Shown: positions 1 through 27,690 of the stretch, in pieces | Numbering within the stretch: the first letter of the stretch is position 1 | Layout: every line of letters begins with the position of its first letter | Origin: Octopus vulgaris | Taxonomy: Eukaryota | NCBI GenBank assembly: GCA_951406725.2 | Contig: OX597825.1 | Span: forward strand, 78,120,001 to 78,184,000 | DNA length: 64,000 bases | Direction: 5' to 3' | Notes under the pieces: model-generated | Seen by the model: the letters and a program-made list of their open reading frames with translations, nothing else | What the model was told of the DNA's origin: nothing | The model's database searches: none | Program-made: the position numbers and the translations under genes

Positions 1-204
1 TTGAGAAGTTTGCTTGCTGACCAAGATGCTTCTTGAAAACATCTACTTCCATTCCTTATAGGTCAACCATTTTTTTTACACATGAACCCCTTTTATTTCT
101 TGGTTGAACACCCCCCCTAGCGTGTGAGGAAAGTGAAACCTTATGGCAGGGACATAAGAGATAACTGAGGAAAGAAAACTCCGAATGACCCGTCCTGGTT
201 TTTT

Positions 205-350
205 CTTGTCCCCTTTTTTGTATCATCTGTCTGTATGTTCTGTTGTCCCCTTTTTTGTATCATTTATCTGTCTGGATGTTTTGTTGCCCCTTTTTTGTAT
301 CATATAGCTGTCTGGATGTTTTCTGTTCTTGTCCCATTTTTTTGTATTCC
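205..350. repeat. Degenerate minisatellite, about 4 copies of a roughly 40-bp unit
   Basis: Repeated tgtcccctttttt-gtatcat...ctgtctggatgtt unit. Confidence 0.7.
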
Positions 351-592
351 TTCATATATACATATGGTAGCGTACGTACACTTTGGTCTCTTATATGTAA
401 GTACATTATATATATATAGATATATATATGAATTTTGTACGACTCTCTTATTCTTTCATTCTTTCTTTCTTTCCCTCGGCCCCTTCACACTTCGTTCTTT
501 CCACTCTTCTGTCTCAATTATACCTTTATAATTAATTATTATTAGCAATTGCATGACAATAACTAATAAAATATTTTAGATATTGCAAATAC

Positions 593-671
<79 letters not shown>

Positions 672-1077
672 TGGAATAATAATCTAAGAGGTTTCTAGAC
701 TATTTGGGTTCTATTTCTAGCAGACTGGTGTTGTAATCATTCAACACCTTTATTATAATTTTAATATAAATTAATCATTAAAGTATTTTAGTATGATGGC
801 CTCTGATAAATCATTAAATAATACCTTTCTCCTAATCACGTATATATATATATATATATATATGATTTAAAACGGAGGCCGGACATATTCGTGGCCAATC
901 TGTGAAAGATCTGTGAAAGTAAATGCATATGTGTACATACACACACACATTCTCTCTCTCACACACATACACACACACATATCTATGTATATGCATACAT
1001 ATACATACATGCATATACATACATATACATACATACATACATGCATACATACATACATACATACATACATACATACA

Positions 1078-1108
<31 letters not shown>

Positions 1109-1369
1109 GCATACATACATTCAGACAGACCATCAGACAGACAGACACAGAGTTACCTATTTATCTAACAATAAGCCGTCCATTATGTCCGCCTTGTTCA
1201 ATAGTTAGAAGTGGAGCTTCAAGCAGACATTCGAGAATTCTTCAAGAAACACTCCAAGATATTTCGCCACTTAAACAATTCCATTCCATAAAAGTGTTGA
1301 TGAAAATTGCACTTTTTTTTTATTCATCACCAAGAAAACTACTTAAACACCATGTTTTAAATTTTCAAA

Positions 1370-1472
1370 TCATCGTCATCACCATCATCATCATCATCAT
1401 CCTCAAGCACCATCAACAGCATTGACAGCAACAGTAGCATCATTATTATCCTCCTCCTCCTCCTCCTCCTCC

Positions 1473-1564
<92 letters not shown>

Positions 1565-1630
1565 GTCGTCATCGTCATCATCGTCATCACCACTGCTAGC
1601 TGAAATACTATCAACATCGTCATTGTCATT

Positions 1631-1688
<58 letters not shown>

Positions 1689-1737
1689 CCACCACCACCG
1701 TCATCATCATCATCCTCACAACTATCACTACATCCAA

Positions 1738-1784
<47 letters not shown>

Positions 1785-2025
1785 CAACTATCACTACATC
1801 CAACATCATCATCCTCATCATCATCATCATCACCACCACCGTCATCATCATCATCCTCACAACTATCACTACATCCAACATCATCATCATCATCATCATC
1901 ATCAGTAGCAGCAGCAGCAGCGCCACCACCACCACCACCAGCATGGTCATCATGTCCACCATCGCCAACATCCTACCGTCACCACTTCCGCCAAATATCT
2001 AACCATCACCATCATCATCATCATA
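1370..2025. repeat. Compound (ATC)n/(CTC)n/(ACC)n microsatellite with a higher-order unit
   Basis: Long CAT tracts; the spacer cacaactatcactacatccaa recurs three times. Explains the poly-S and poly-M ORFs. Confidence 0.95.
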
Positions 2026-2209
2026 CTGCTGATTGGTTCTTATTGATGATATCGATATTGCCGCCAAAGTTAGTGTCAGCAAAAGACGCAGGTTCCACCT
2101 AATCGATCTTAGCACCAACAAGTTATGGTCTTGTAAGAATCTTACCAAACATTATTATAGAAAACGATGTCTTCGGATTCGATTTCTTCCTCCTATAAAT
2201 GCTAACGCT

Positions 2210-2515
2210 GTGGAGGCACATGGCCTAGTGGTTAGACCAGCGGACTCGCGGTCGCAGGATCGCGGGTTCGAATCTTAAACCGGGCGATGTGTGTGTTTAT
2301 GAGCGAAACACCTAGGCTCCATCGGGGCTACGGCAGAAGGTAATGGCGAACTTCTGCTGACTCTTTCGCCACAATTTTCTCTCACTCTTTCCTCCTGCAT
2401 CTTGCAGCTCACCTGCGACGGGCCGGCGTCCCGTCCAGGTGGGGAACCTATACGCCAAGGAAACGGAAACAGGCCCTTACGAGCCAGGCGTGGCTCGAGA
2501 AGGAACAAACAAACA
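2210..2515 (+). mobile_element. tRNA-derived SINE, family A (V-domain-like body)
   Basis: A box tggcctagtgg, B box ggttcgaatc; body shared with 4163 and 19348 copies; ctgcgacgggccggcgtcccgtccagg resembles the V-SINE domain; (aaac)n tail. Confidence 0.85.
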
Positions 2516-2649
2516 AAAACAAAGCCTTGTGAGTGAATTTGGTAGATGGAAACTGAAATAAGTCCGGCGTATATATGTGTGTGTGTGTGTGTGTTTGTGT
2601 ATACGTGTGTCTGCGTTAGTTATATATACACACACATACACACTCACCT

Positions 2650-2686
<37 letters not shown>

Positions 2687-2921
2687 CTCCGCCGGTTATG
2701 ACGACGAGGTTTCCACTTGATCCGATGAACAGAAGAACAGCTTCAACAGAAAGGAACACGTGGAAATAAACAGAGAGAGAATATTAAAAAAACTTTTGGA
2801 GTTATCGGTCAATCATGGCGACAAGTACATGTGTGTATGCGAGTGGGTATATAAATATATAATAGTTATCAATCAGTAAATCTATCGACCCAACTCTATA
2901 TCTATATATTTATATAAACAG

Positions 2922-2962
<41 letters not shown>

Positions 2963-3199
2963 CCTATAATTACAGTGTGTCACTGTCTTATGTTTTTTCT
3001 GTTGTTTTGAATTTTGTGGCCCTTTTTTGTTTTGTTTTGTTTTTTTTTTCGTATATTTTCTTTATATTTATTATCTTTATATTTCGTTTCCCAAACCTGA
3101 TGCCTCGTATGAACTGACTCCTAACATTATTGAATTTGGAATAAACTTATATAAAAGACACACTGTCACTTTCCCTCTTTCTCTCTCTGTCTCCCTCTC

Positions 3200-3326
<127 letters not shown>

Positions 3327-3599
3327 GTGTGTGTGTGCTTGTGTGACTGTATATATGTATATATATGTACGAATAATAAACTCACTCTCTGTCTTTCCAA
3401 GAAACCAATGATAATAGGAATTTCGATAATCATAAAAGAAAAATGAAGATCTAAATAAATAGACACGAAAGGAATGAAGAAAAGAAACTTGTGATAAGCT
3501 TCCTCTATTCCCTATAGACTTTTGACACATTAAGATATTGTTATGTCTATGGAACCTTGTAATGGAAACAACTTGAGAAAAATTCTTATCAGATTACAA

Positions 3600-4075
3600 T
3601 CTTTGTGTTGAGTTTGTCAAGTGTTTACGTCGGGATTTTTCTTCGTCGGTTTCCACCTTACTGTCTTCCAATTGTTCGATCTACAAATCTAACGTTACTT
3701 TGGTTCGGCTCCCACCTGGCCTTAGAAGGCAAAGCCATTTCGTCAAGCATCTCGATCCATCATGGCCACCATCATTTCGTGGATATAATCATATCTTATG
3801 ACCTTCCGTAGGTTGTTGATAAATAACAGACGATCTTTCTCGTGCTTTTCGGTATCATTCTGTGGAATCCACGACAAAAGTTTTGACGCTTCTTCTTCTT
3901 CGTGTCACATGCAATGTCGTTCTTTGACCTTGTTGGTCACTTTTGGAAGACTTCCATAAAGATACTCAGGTACTGTTGCCAATTAGCTTCCCAGGCCATT
4001 CGTGGCATTCTTGTGTAACCCTTTTCTAAACTCTTGTTTGCTTGTTTAGTGTCTATGTTTCGCCGCCAGAACACT
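3600..4075 (-). mobile_element. Degenerate RTE-type LINE 3' fragment
   Basis: Reverse-strand remnants GYTRM..RMA, YLYGSLPKVTNKVKER, EEEASKLL and WEP resemble the post-RT region of RTE-like elements; frameshifted. Confidence 0.5.
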
Positions 4076-4095
4076 TCATATGTGTATGTATGCAT

Positions 4096-4162
<67 letters not shown>

Positions 4163-4165
<3 letters not shown>

Positions 4166-4440
4166 GAGGCGCAATGGCTCAGTGGTTAGGACAGCGGAGT
4201 CCCAGACCGGGCGTTGTGTGTGTTTATTGAGCGAAAACACCTAAAGCTCCACGAGGTTCCGGCAGGGGGTGGTGGTGACCCCTGTTGTACTCTTTCGCAA
4301 CAACTTTCTCTCACTCTTTCTTCCTGTTTCTTGAGTAACGCTGTGATGGACTGGCATCCCGTCCAGCTGGGGGGAACACATATGCCACAGAAACCGGGAA
4401 ACCGGGCCCATGAGCCTGGCTAGGCTTGAGAAGGGCGCAT
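4163..4440 (+). mobile_element. tRNA-derived SINE, family A (B-box region deleted)
   Basis: gtggaggcgcaatggctcagtggttagg head, shared body, ctgtgatggactggcatcccgtccag V-like domain. Confidence 0.85.
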
Positions 4441-4487
4441 AAATAATAAAAATGTATATATATATATAATGCATGTATGTATATGCA

Positions 4488-4553
<66 letters not shown>

Positions 4554-5536
4554 TGTGTGTGTATGTGTGTGCGTGTGTATGTGTGTGTGTGTGCGTTGCA
4601 TTTTATTGAAGTTGAGAAATGAGTTTTCACGTAATCAATGATCGGGCATTTGTGAGTATTCAGATCGATGCAGTAGTTTCTAAGTATTTATAGGTATACA
4701 TGATTACCTACTCATTAGGGGAAAAGAAAAACATTGGAATGTGAAAAGGCAATTCTTTTTCCAAATAACGGGAATCTGTTGTATAAAAGCAATTGACCAT
4801 AATGGAAAAATATATAAACACTTAAGGGAAGAGAAAAATAAATTAAAATAAAATAGTGAAAATTTCGCAGGAGAAAAAAAAAACTCACAGAATAAGAGAA
4901 ACTTTATCTGAAATAAATTATTGCGGCGTCATATTTGTGATAAAGTTATTAAGTCACTTCAATTAGGTCTTTTTCTATTGCCTCCACCTCGTTTTATACA
5001 TGCGTGCTGACATGTGTGTACGCGTAGTGATTGTGAATTACACACAGAACAGTGGCAGAGCTATACTGAGTGCCGCCCGGGGCAAACTTGCACCGTCCCG
5101 CAAGTAAAATATGAACCCAAATCCATTTATCCAACCTATAGTGAGTTTATGTGATTGTATTTATTTTCAGTGTTAACGAAGCCAGGTAAAAATAGCTGCT
5201 ACGACAGCTTATTTAATATAATAGTAACTGCGCATAAGTAAATAGCATAAAATATTAGAGCAAATTTCAACATCTGCTAAAATATTTGAAAGAAGATGTA
5301 AACAGATTTCACCAGGCGATGGTAACATATGGTGGAGTAGATTAGAGAGAGGAAAACGATGATGATGATATATAGAAACATGAAAAATACTGGGGGAAAC
5401 GTGTTAGAGAGAAGCCATTGTGTTTGAACGGCGGAGAAACTAAGATTATATTATATTATATTAAAGTAGCAACACACACAGACATGCGAGCGTGCGCAGA
5501 CACTCACTCGCTCACTCACCCATCTACACACACACG

Positions 5537-5596
<60 letters not shown>

Positions 5597-5599
5597 AGA

Positions 5600-5738
5600 A
5601 ATTGACCCCAGGGCTTAATCTTTGTAAGCCTAATATTTATTCTATCAGTCGTATTTGCCGAACCGCTAGGTTACGGGGACGCGAACACACCAGCATCGCT
5701 TGCCAAGCGATGGTGGGGGGACAAACACAGACACAAAT

Positions 5739-5785
<47 letters not shown>

Positions 5786-6152
5786 TAATCCAAACAAGAA
5801 AGCACAAAAAAACACAACAACGTGAGGACGTGGAACAAATATAGTATTATTGGACGCTCAGGAAAGAAGGAGAGAAGGAGGGTATAACGTTTCGAGCGGA
5901 GCTCTTCATCGGAAACATAGGAGAAGGAAAGATCCAGAGAAGGGAAGACAGAGGAAAAAAATCGCCAACGGTACACACGAAGTCACATTTTGAAATATAT
6001 ATATATATATATATATACGACGGGCTTCTTTCAGTTTCCGTCTACACGCAACGCTTTGGTCGATTCGAGGCTATAGTAGAAGACACCCACGATGCCACGC
6101 AGTGGGACTGAACTCGGAACCATATGGTTGGGAAGCAAACTTCTTACCACAC
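5600..6152 (-). mobile_element. SINE family C with internal microsatellite, interrupted by a nested insertion
   Basis: Both halves match the copies at 14097, 18103 and 54973; 5786-5994 is inserted in the internal (TA)n. Confidence 0.85.
5786..5994 (-). mobile_element. (TA)n-flanked repeat, probable Penelope-like terminal repeat fragment
   Basis: Inverted homolog at 8909-9107; both embedded in (TA)n; carries a hammerhead-like core CCGATGAA-GAGC-TCC-GCTC-GAAAC on the minus strand. Confidence 0.6.
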
Positions 6153-6201
6153 ATGTATGTATATATGTATGTATGTATGTATATACATATATATATGTAT
6201 G

Positions 6202-6247
<46 letters not shown>

Positions 6248-6254
6248 CATATAC

Positions 6255-6563
6255 ATATTTAATATTCACAGAATTTAAAAAAGAACTGCTGCTAGTTTCA
6301 TGCTTTAGAGATACAATAACTTGGCAGGTTTAGATAGCAACACCATGTGTCTCCAAGCAACTATTCAGTCTCACTGCATGCTGTCAGATCTATCTGGCTT
6401 CTCATAGACCAGCGTCCTATTTTCCAAATTGGTCTAACTATATGCTGTGAGTCTGAAAGATTGCTTGGAGACACATAGCAAGTTATATAAATCTGCCAAT
6501 CTAGTGTATCTCAGCAGCATGAAACTATTGGTAGCTCTTTTTAAAACTGTGTATATTAAATAT
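6255..6563. repeat. Diverged foldback (MITE-like) palindrome, arms about 130 bp
   Basis: atatttaatattcacag..gtttcatgc..ttggcag..tgtgtctccaagcaa..ctcactgcat is mirrored by atgctgtgag..ttgcttggagacaca..ctgccaa..gcatgaaac..ctgtgtatattaaatat. Confidence 0.85.
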
Positions 6564-7048
6564 ATTTATTTCTCGCTAGACGGAGTAGTTATTTTGCTGA
6601 TGCTACCTATAACGAAGAATAAGGCATATGTGTGTGTGCGTATTTTGTTGTTGTTGTGTGCGTGTGTATACATATAACAGGTAACATGGACACAAGAGAC
6701 GACAGAAGCATAAGAAAACAATAAACCACAGCAGGTTTTTATATTTCACTCGTTAACACTGCAGAGCGACGATGTGTTCCTTAATTAAGTAAGCTGCAAC
6801 GGGGTGCGTTGTTTGCGCAGCAGGTACCATTTCGCTTCATTAAGGACTTTTATATTCTTGATTTCAAAGGAGGACATCCCTTAAAATAATACAGACCTTG
6901 GTTAATTAGATGAGAAATATTCGTGAATTTTATTTATTTACAAAAGTAATGTTTTTAAACGTCTTTCGGGGTTTTTTTAAAGTTTTTTTTAAATTTTTGT
7001 TTTTTCTTTTTATTGTTATTCTTAATATTCTTTCCTTTCTTCTTTCAG

Positions 7049-19950
<12,902 letters not shown>

Positions 19951-20029
19951 ACATGTTACTCTACTGTACCCCTAATACATGTTAGTCTTGTTTTTGTTCT
20001 TATTGGTGGTGGTAGTAAATATACACACA

Positions 20030-20188
<159 letters not shown>

Positions 20189-20415
20189 TTGTAATTTAAT
20201 ATATACATAAATATATGCATCCACATATATTCATATATATGAACACATATACATATGTTACACACACACACAAATATATATATCTATATATATATATGTA
20301 TATAAACATGTATATACATATATATATATGTATATAAAAATATATATATATATGTATAAATATATATATATGTTTGTAGGTATATACACACATATATATG
20401 TTTGTATGTACATAC

Positions 20416-20453
<38 letters not shown>

Positions 20454-20470
20454 CATACATATATATATAT

Positions 20471-20517
<47 letters not shown>

Positions 20518-20533
20518 TATGTATATACATATA

Positions 20534-20568
<35 letters not shown>

Positions 20569-21136
20569 GTCTGTAGGCAGATAGATATTTAGATAGGTAT
20601 AAAATAAACTGATAGATAATACCAATCCCTCAGACGCTGAAATATACTGGAGACAAAACTTTCACCGGTTTCGGTCAAGCAACCTCCACATACAGAATAT
20701 AAAAGAAATTTGAAGAATTCTACTATTTTTAGGAAAAGTATCGAACATATAGTCCCCATTCTCTTTCTTTCTTTTTTTTTTTTTTGTCCAATTTTACTTT
20801 TTTATGTATCCGAAAACTAATTACCGATGAGATAATTAACAATAAGTTGAATTAATTAACTGAGTAGCTTTGCACCCAGAAAATGTCTAGCCTTATGTCT
20901 AAATTTTAAAAATCAAGTTGCGTAATCGATAGATCAGTATGGGATACTTGATGTAAATCAGAATATATTTTCCGTTCCTTTTTTTTTTTTCTTTGGTCTG
21001 AATTTAAATTCCGCCCAGCCTGACTTTTCTTCTTTTAAAAATTTTCACGAAACAAAAAATCAGTTCTTTACTGAAATCGATAAAATCAAATATCCTCCAT
21101 TTTCTCTTATACGTGGCCGTGTGCCTCTTAATATTA

Positions 21137-21178
<42 letters not shown>

Positions 21179-21394
21179 GAGGATGATGGATGGATAGAAA
21201 AACATGGTAAATCTTCAGGTTAAACACCTTTTTCTCTAAAATATCGTTCAAGTCACACCGAGGCTAAGATTTGCTTTCAAACCTTCCAGGGTCGATAAAA
21301 TCAATCAACTAAATCAGTCAATCAAGTACTCAAATCGATATAATCGAATAAGGCACTTTCCCTTAAATGTTTGGCCTCACGCCTATATCAGCTT

Positions 21395-21456
<62 letters not shown>

Positions 21457-21665
21457 ACGGTGAGCTGGCAGAATCGTTAGCACGCCGAGCGAAATGCTTA
21501 GCGGTATTTCGTCCGTTTTTACGTTCTGAGTTCAAATTCCGCCGAGGTCGACTTTGCCTTCCATCTTTACGGGGTCAATAAAATTATGTTAAGCACTGAG
21601 GGCGATGTAATCGACTAGCCCCCTTCCCTTAAAATTTCAGGTCTTAAGCCTATAGTAAAATGGAC

Positions 21666-21723
<58 letters not shown>

Positions 21724-21931
21724 GCGGTAAGTTGACAGAATCGTTAGCACGCCGGGCTAAATGCTTACCGGTATTTTGTCTGCCACTACGTTCTGAGTTC
21801 AAATTCCGCCGAGGTCGACTTTGCCTTTCATCCTTTCGGGGTCGATAAATTAAGGACCAGTTGCGTACTGGGGTCGATATGATCGACTATACCCCTCCCC
21901 ACAAAATCCAGGTCTTGTGCCTATATTAGAA

Positions 21932-22014
<83 letters not shown>

Positions 22015-22272
22015 CATCATCATCATCATCATCATCATCATTATTATTATTATTATGTATGCTGCAAGCTGACCGAGTCGCTTAGCACGTCGGACAAAAT
22101 GAATGCTTCGAGGCATTTCTTAAGAAACTTTGAATTCAGAATCTGTGGGGACCGACCTCACCATTTATACTTTCGGGGTCGATAAAATAAAGTTCCACTC
22201 AAGTGCTGGAGCATGTAATCGAGTAATTCTTTACCCTCACAAACTGCTGGCTCCGTGCCAAAATTTCAAAAA
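21457..22272 (+). mobile_element. Tandem run of family B SINEs separated by (ATT)n tails
   Basis: Three head-core-tail units starting near 21457, 21722 and 22062, each followed by (ATT)n. Confidence 0.85.
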
Positions 22273-22304
22273 ATTATTATTATCATTATTATTATTATTA
22301 TTAT

Positions 22305-22755
22305 TATGATTTGGGTCAGGTTTGGTCTTATTCCTGGTAGGATTTATGTGGGTAGCGGGTAACCCTACTGATAACCCTTGCTGTCCCTAAGAGACAAACT
22401 TTTTGTAGGAGCTCTACTGGGGATTTTATTGCAATCTCCTTCAGCCATTTGTCTATATTTTTGCTTACTCTTCCCAACGCAGCAACAGACTGTAAGAAAA
22501 AAATTCATGACATAGAACTACGAGAAATAACCTTAGATGCCAAGAAAATTCCAAAGAATTTTAGCTGTTCATGATCATACTGTTTCTTGGAACTGCACTA
22601 AATTAGGTTTTATGTCTGTTTTCTCTATCCATCTGTTCAAATCTATAGGAATAGTTCCTAATGCACCTATAACTATAGGGATACATTTTACCCGCACGAC
22701 TTTCCATAGCTTCTGTAACTTAATGGCTAGGTCCTGGTACTTTGCTATTTCATAT
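22305..22755 (-). mobile_element. Two adjacent R4/Dong-clade LINE 3' fragments (restriction-like endonuclease C-terminus)
   Basis: EIAKYQDLAIKLQKLWKVVRVKCIPIVIGALGTIP and a second VAALGRVSKNIDKWLKEI...LLQKVCLLG, ending at a (TAA)n tract. Confidence 0.8.
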
Positions 22756-22929
22756 ATATACATATATACAGAATTTGAGGAAATAATATCCGCGTAAAGG
22801 ATTGTTAAAAGCAATCCAGATGCCAACTGAGTTAAACCAAATATATCACCAATATATATGTATAAATAGTCTCATATATATATATACATTCTGAGCTTGG
22901 TTGTTCACTATCAATCTGTTGTTTATTTT

Positions 22930-23900
22930 GCCCGAAATCCCACTTTCTTCCTCAATCAGTTAATCGCACCCCCAAATCATTGGAGATATAGATTATCCAT
23001 CATCTCGTTTTCAACACTAAGGCTGAGACTGTCGTACCATTCCAGAGGTGGCTGGGTTCCTCTGAGATATCTTGCTGTCATTGGTCGCTCGTGCTTCCCT
23101 TTTCTTTTTGGCTCGTCTCGACCTATTAGCATTTCCCTATATCTTCCATTTCTTCCCCGCCAGCTCAAGGCGTTGGGGTGGTGCTACTGGGTATCTCTAT
23201 CTGCAATCTCCTGGCCTTCAACTCCTGAAAATAAAGATGAAGCACAGTTTCCTTATTATTCACTAGTATGTGACCTATCGAAACATCACCTTCTGAGATT
23301 TACTTTTACTGCTACTACTTCCGCAACTATTCACCATTTTCTGATTTTTCCGACTTTTCCTTATAGAAAGCCCTCAAGAGTGTCTTCTTGTCACACGTAC
23401 AGCAACTGAGATTCTTGCACTACGCCACCAATTTAATTGTTTCCTTGTCTGCGCCACTGGATGGCTCTATGATGTTCAGTCATCAGAGCCTACATGTCTG
23501 TACAGACCCTATTTATCTACATGTTATTTCATGCCAATCCTGCACTCACCATCGACCCATTTCTATGCCACATAAGAAACGACGAACAAAAAATCAACGT
23601 CACCAGAATGCAGATTACTTGTGGTAGTCGCAAAACACTCTTGTTAGTTGTGACCCCCAAGTATCTCGTCTTCCTCTATATTGCTGCTCCAGCCAGTGGA
23701 AAGATGTACGACTCGGCTCTTTACCTGTTTCAAAATGATACACATGCTCTCAAAGGTTCTGTCCCAGTCTGTGCAACACAGCTTACTATACACTATACAT
23801 GGCTCAAGGCTTCCTTCAACAGCTCCTTGAGGCCATATAGAAACCCATCCAGTTGTTCAGTGATTTTTTGAGACCCCTTTTTTGCAACACAGTTATGTTA
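22930..23900 (-). mobile_element. Highly decayed LINE-like (possibly RTE) fragment
   Basis: Non-simple sequence with YLG and KRKGK..RP remnants in the expected order on the minus strand; no intact ORF. Confidence 0.4.
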
Positions 23901-24410
23901 CTCTTTGTCAGTTTCTTGATACATTCTAAAGACAGGAACTCTGTCTTTCGTAACATACCTTTCCAACATGTTTTCTTCTTTTCCTTTGCGGGAGCAGGTC
24001 TCCCTTATTACCAATGCTAGCAAAATCGTTGTTACTTCTAATAACGTCGTTTGAAATATCGTTATTTCTAAAGTATTTTCAATACCAGATATTTTCTTTA
24101 TTTCACAACATATTTCTGTACTATCGTTTTCACAATTTATTCCTTGAGGCCGGGGCACTAAACATAAAGGGAAAACTGCCCAAAAGTAAACGAATATTTT
24201 CAAAGATATAAAATATGAAAACATCCCAGAAAAATATCTATTTTTCCACCCTTCGTTAAATGCGGTGGATACAAATGTTTTCTAAAACCATCTTTTGGTG
24301 AAATAATTTGAAAAAAGAAAAAAAAAACATTTTTTATTAAGCATTAGCGTGGCTAATCTAAATCTTCCATGGAGCTGTGTTTGGCACGTCCGCTCACTTC
24401 AAAACATACC

Positions 24411-24455
<45 letters not shown>

Positions 24456-24470
24456 CATAATCATAATAAT

Positions 24471-24940
24471 CTAGATTTGCTCCTAGATATGCCAATTCCT
24501 CTGCAATACATCCGGCAAAAACATTTGGAAAGTTAAATACAAGGACATTGAAATTGAGGTCCCAAAAATGTGGTATCTAAGAACGAGCTGTGGTTACCGG
24601 GACTTTAGGGGCAATACCAAGTGGCACCCTTAAACAATTTGGCCAAATACCAGGAAATCCAAAAGTATCAGAACTACAAAAAATTCTTCTTGTGAGTATT
24701 GTCAATATCCTAAGAAACATTGTCAACCTGTAAATACCTGATTCCCTTAAAACTCTTTCAAAACTGAAATATTATAAATTTAATAGAATGTTAGTATTCA
24801 GATTCTGGTCCCTAATTCCTGTAATATATCTTTGCTAATTATGAATAACAACCGTAGTAAAACGTCCAACCTGTTGTTAATTGTGGTCTCTCGGTGAGAC
24901 TCGGAACAACTCATATAAAACAAGGTAACAACTTCTGTAT
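24471..24940 (+). mobile_element. R4/Dong-clade LINE 3' fragment inserted at (TAA)n
   Basis: LLDMPIP..KYKDIEIEVPKMWYL..VVTGTLGAIP..QIPGNPKVSELQKILL; preceded by (TAA)n. Confidence 0.8.
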
Positions 24941-25331
24941 ATAACAACATATACTAGCATACATAAATACATACATACATACATACATACATACATACAT
25001 ACATACATACATACATACATACATACATACATGGAATTAAAAAAAAGCATATGAAAGTATCAAAGAAATTATTGGAAATATAAAAAAAATGTACTTATAG
25101 AAAATGAGGAAGGGGTGTGAAATTGTTCAAGAATGTATTGAAAGATGTCAATATTTTTGAGTTTTAGATTGCACGAAATAATTAAATTAACCATTTATAA
25201 TTAAATGAACATACAAACACACACACCCAATGTATGCTAAACGAAATATAATAATAACGAAGATGAAGTGTCTGTAGAAGTTATTCTCACGAGTATATTA
25301 CAATTCTAAATGTGTAATATATTATTGTCAT

Positions 25332-25363
<32 letters not shown>

Positions 25364-25531
25364 ATTGAGGTAATCAGATCAGATGGTTCATATTTGTAGA
25401 TATTTATTTATATATTACATTTTTTACATATATATCATATCATTCGGATTAGCGCTTGCTCCCATTCTAGTGGGTTTTCAAATATATATATATGCACATA
25501 TATATATGTATATATATATACATATATATGT

Positions 25532-25598
<67 letters not shown>

Positions 25599-25664
25599 TA
25601 TATACTTACACATATATGGGCATATATATATATATAAAATTAGTACTAGTTATGCTATTATCGG

Positions 25665-27240
25665 CCAGTGGGATGGCTGAATCGTTAGAGTGTCGCCTAA
25701 AATAGTCTGCTGTATTGTGACTGTTTGCATTCCGGGTTCAACTCCCACGGCAGTCAATTCTGCTTCTCCTTCACCACGCCCAGGATAGATAAAATAAAGT
25801 ACCAGTCATGTACTGGGAACAATAGTAATAACGAAATCTCTCTCACCTCCGTCCAAATGATGGAATAGTACCTAAATTCATTTCTACTCTCGGCACAAGG
25901 CCTGAAATTTGGGGAGAGGGATATCGATTCCATTGACTCTAGTATTCAACTGGTACTTATTTTATCGACCCCGAAAGCATGAAAGGCGAAGTAGACCTCA
26001 ATGTAATCCGAAATCAGAATATAAAGACGGATGAAACGGCGCTGAGCGTTTTGTCCGGCATGCTAACAATTCTACCAGCTCACCGCCTTCATTGTGCCTC
26101 AACTAAAACCTATTATCATTGGGTGGTAAGGTGATGAGCTTGCAGAGTTGTTAGCACACCGGTCAAAATTCTTAGTGGCATTTCGTCCGTCTTTACGTTC
26201 TGAGCTCAAATTCCGCTGCGGTCTATTCTGCCTTTCAACTTTTCGGGGTCTTTCAAATAACCACCAGTCGATTACATCGACTTCACCCCTCCCCTCAAAA
26301 CTTCCAGCCTTGCGTATATAGTTGAATGGATTATTATTACTCAGCAGTGATTGGCAGAGTTGTTAGAGAGCTGGATACTATTGTATAGTACTTTTTCCGG
26401 TTCTTTACATTCTGAGTTCAAATCCCTGCAAAGTCGACTTTGCTTTCCATGTTTCTACAGTCAATAGGATCAACCAAATTCTTTCGTCAATGTGTCTAGC
26501 TTTGTGTCATTTTTAGAGGCTATTAAAGAGAGGGAATTCAAATTCCGCCGAGGTCGACTTTGCCTTTCCTAATTTCGGGGTCGATAAATAAAGTACCAGT
26601 TTCGCACAGGGGTCGATGTAATCGACTTAACCCCTTTGTCTGTCCTTGTTTGTCCCCTCTGTGTTTAGCCCCTTTGGGGCAGTAAATAAATATATTAAAG
26701 AGAGGGAATCTGAAGATTCGGTGGAGCGTCGGACAAAATTCCTTGTAGTATTTGTGGTGACTCTTCACGTTCTGAGTACAAATCAGGAATCCTGGTTGGC
26801 CTAATTCTGTTCAGATTTTTTATTTTAAAGCCGTCCCTTAAAAGTCCTGCCCAGATACCAAAAATCAAGTCTAGGGTGCCAAAATCTTTATGGTTTCTTC
26901 ATAAAGATTATCTTACCTTTTCGTTCTTCCGACGTCGATAAAATAGTGCGCCAGTCAAGTTCGTTGACCCCAGTGAAGTACTGGGGCCAGTGCAATCAAC
27001 TGAAACCCTCCCCTTCAAATTTCTGGCCTTGTATTTAAGATTGAAACTACTAGAGGGTGGTGGGTTGGCAGAATCGTCAGTGCGTCGAACAAAATTCCTT
27101 ACGATATATTTTCAGACTTTTAACATTTTGAATAAAAACCTTACAAAGGTCACCTTGGCCTTTTTATCCTTTCGGAATCGATAAAACTAAGTACCAGTGA
27201 AGTACTACGATCGATTTTATTGTTAGAATATTGGACACAG
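25665..27240. mobile_element. Dense cluster of diverged family B SINEs in both orientations
   Basis: Repeated gttcaaattcc, gtcgactttgc and tcgataaa..gtaccag motifs; the copy at about 25880-26090 is inverted. Confidence 0.8.
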
Positions 27241-27447
27241 GCCCTGCGTCTATATTACAAATAATAATTAATTATTAGTGTCTTAACCTATAGATTTCTA
27301 CTTATCGAACTCTGCTCTCCACATTACAATTCCATATTGCTACCGCTTACTTCGTTTGTAATCTAGAATCGTCTTCTAGAAATGTGCTACAAAATGTCCT
27401 ACGCTTGTTTGGTTGTCTCCCTTTCTCTCTGTCTCTCCCTCTACCCA

Positions 27448-27478
<31 letters not shown>

Positions 27479-27613
27479 CTGTCTCTCTCTCTCTCTCTCT
27501 TCATCTCCTCTTTCTGTATCTCCCTCCCTCTCTTCTCTATCGTTCTTTATCTCTCATTCTCACCCATCCGTGTCTTTGTCATATTTTACACTATTTTCCT
27601 TAATTTACTTTAT

Positions 27614-27690
<77 letters not shown>

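Noticed and set aside
20603-20608. AATAAA as the receptor polyadenylation signal
   Set aside because: The hexamer is frequent in this AT-rich DNA and cannot be assigned without transcript data.
21100-27300. CRISPR-like repeat-spacer array
   Set aside because: Eukaryotic context; the recurring motifs are SINE cores with irregular spacing, and there are no cas genes.
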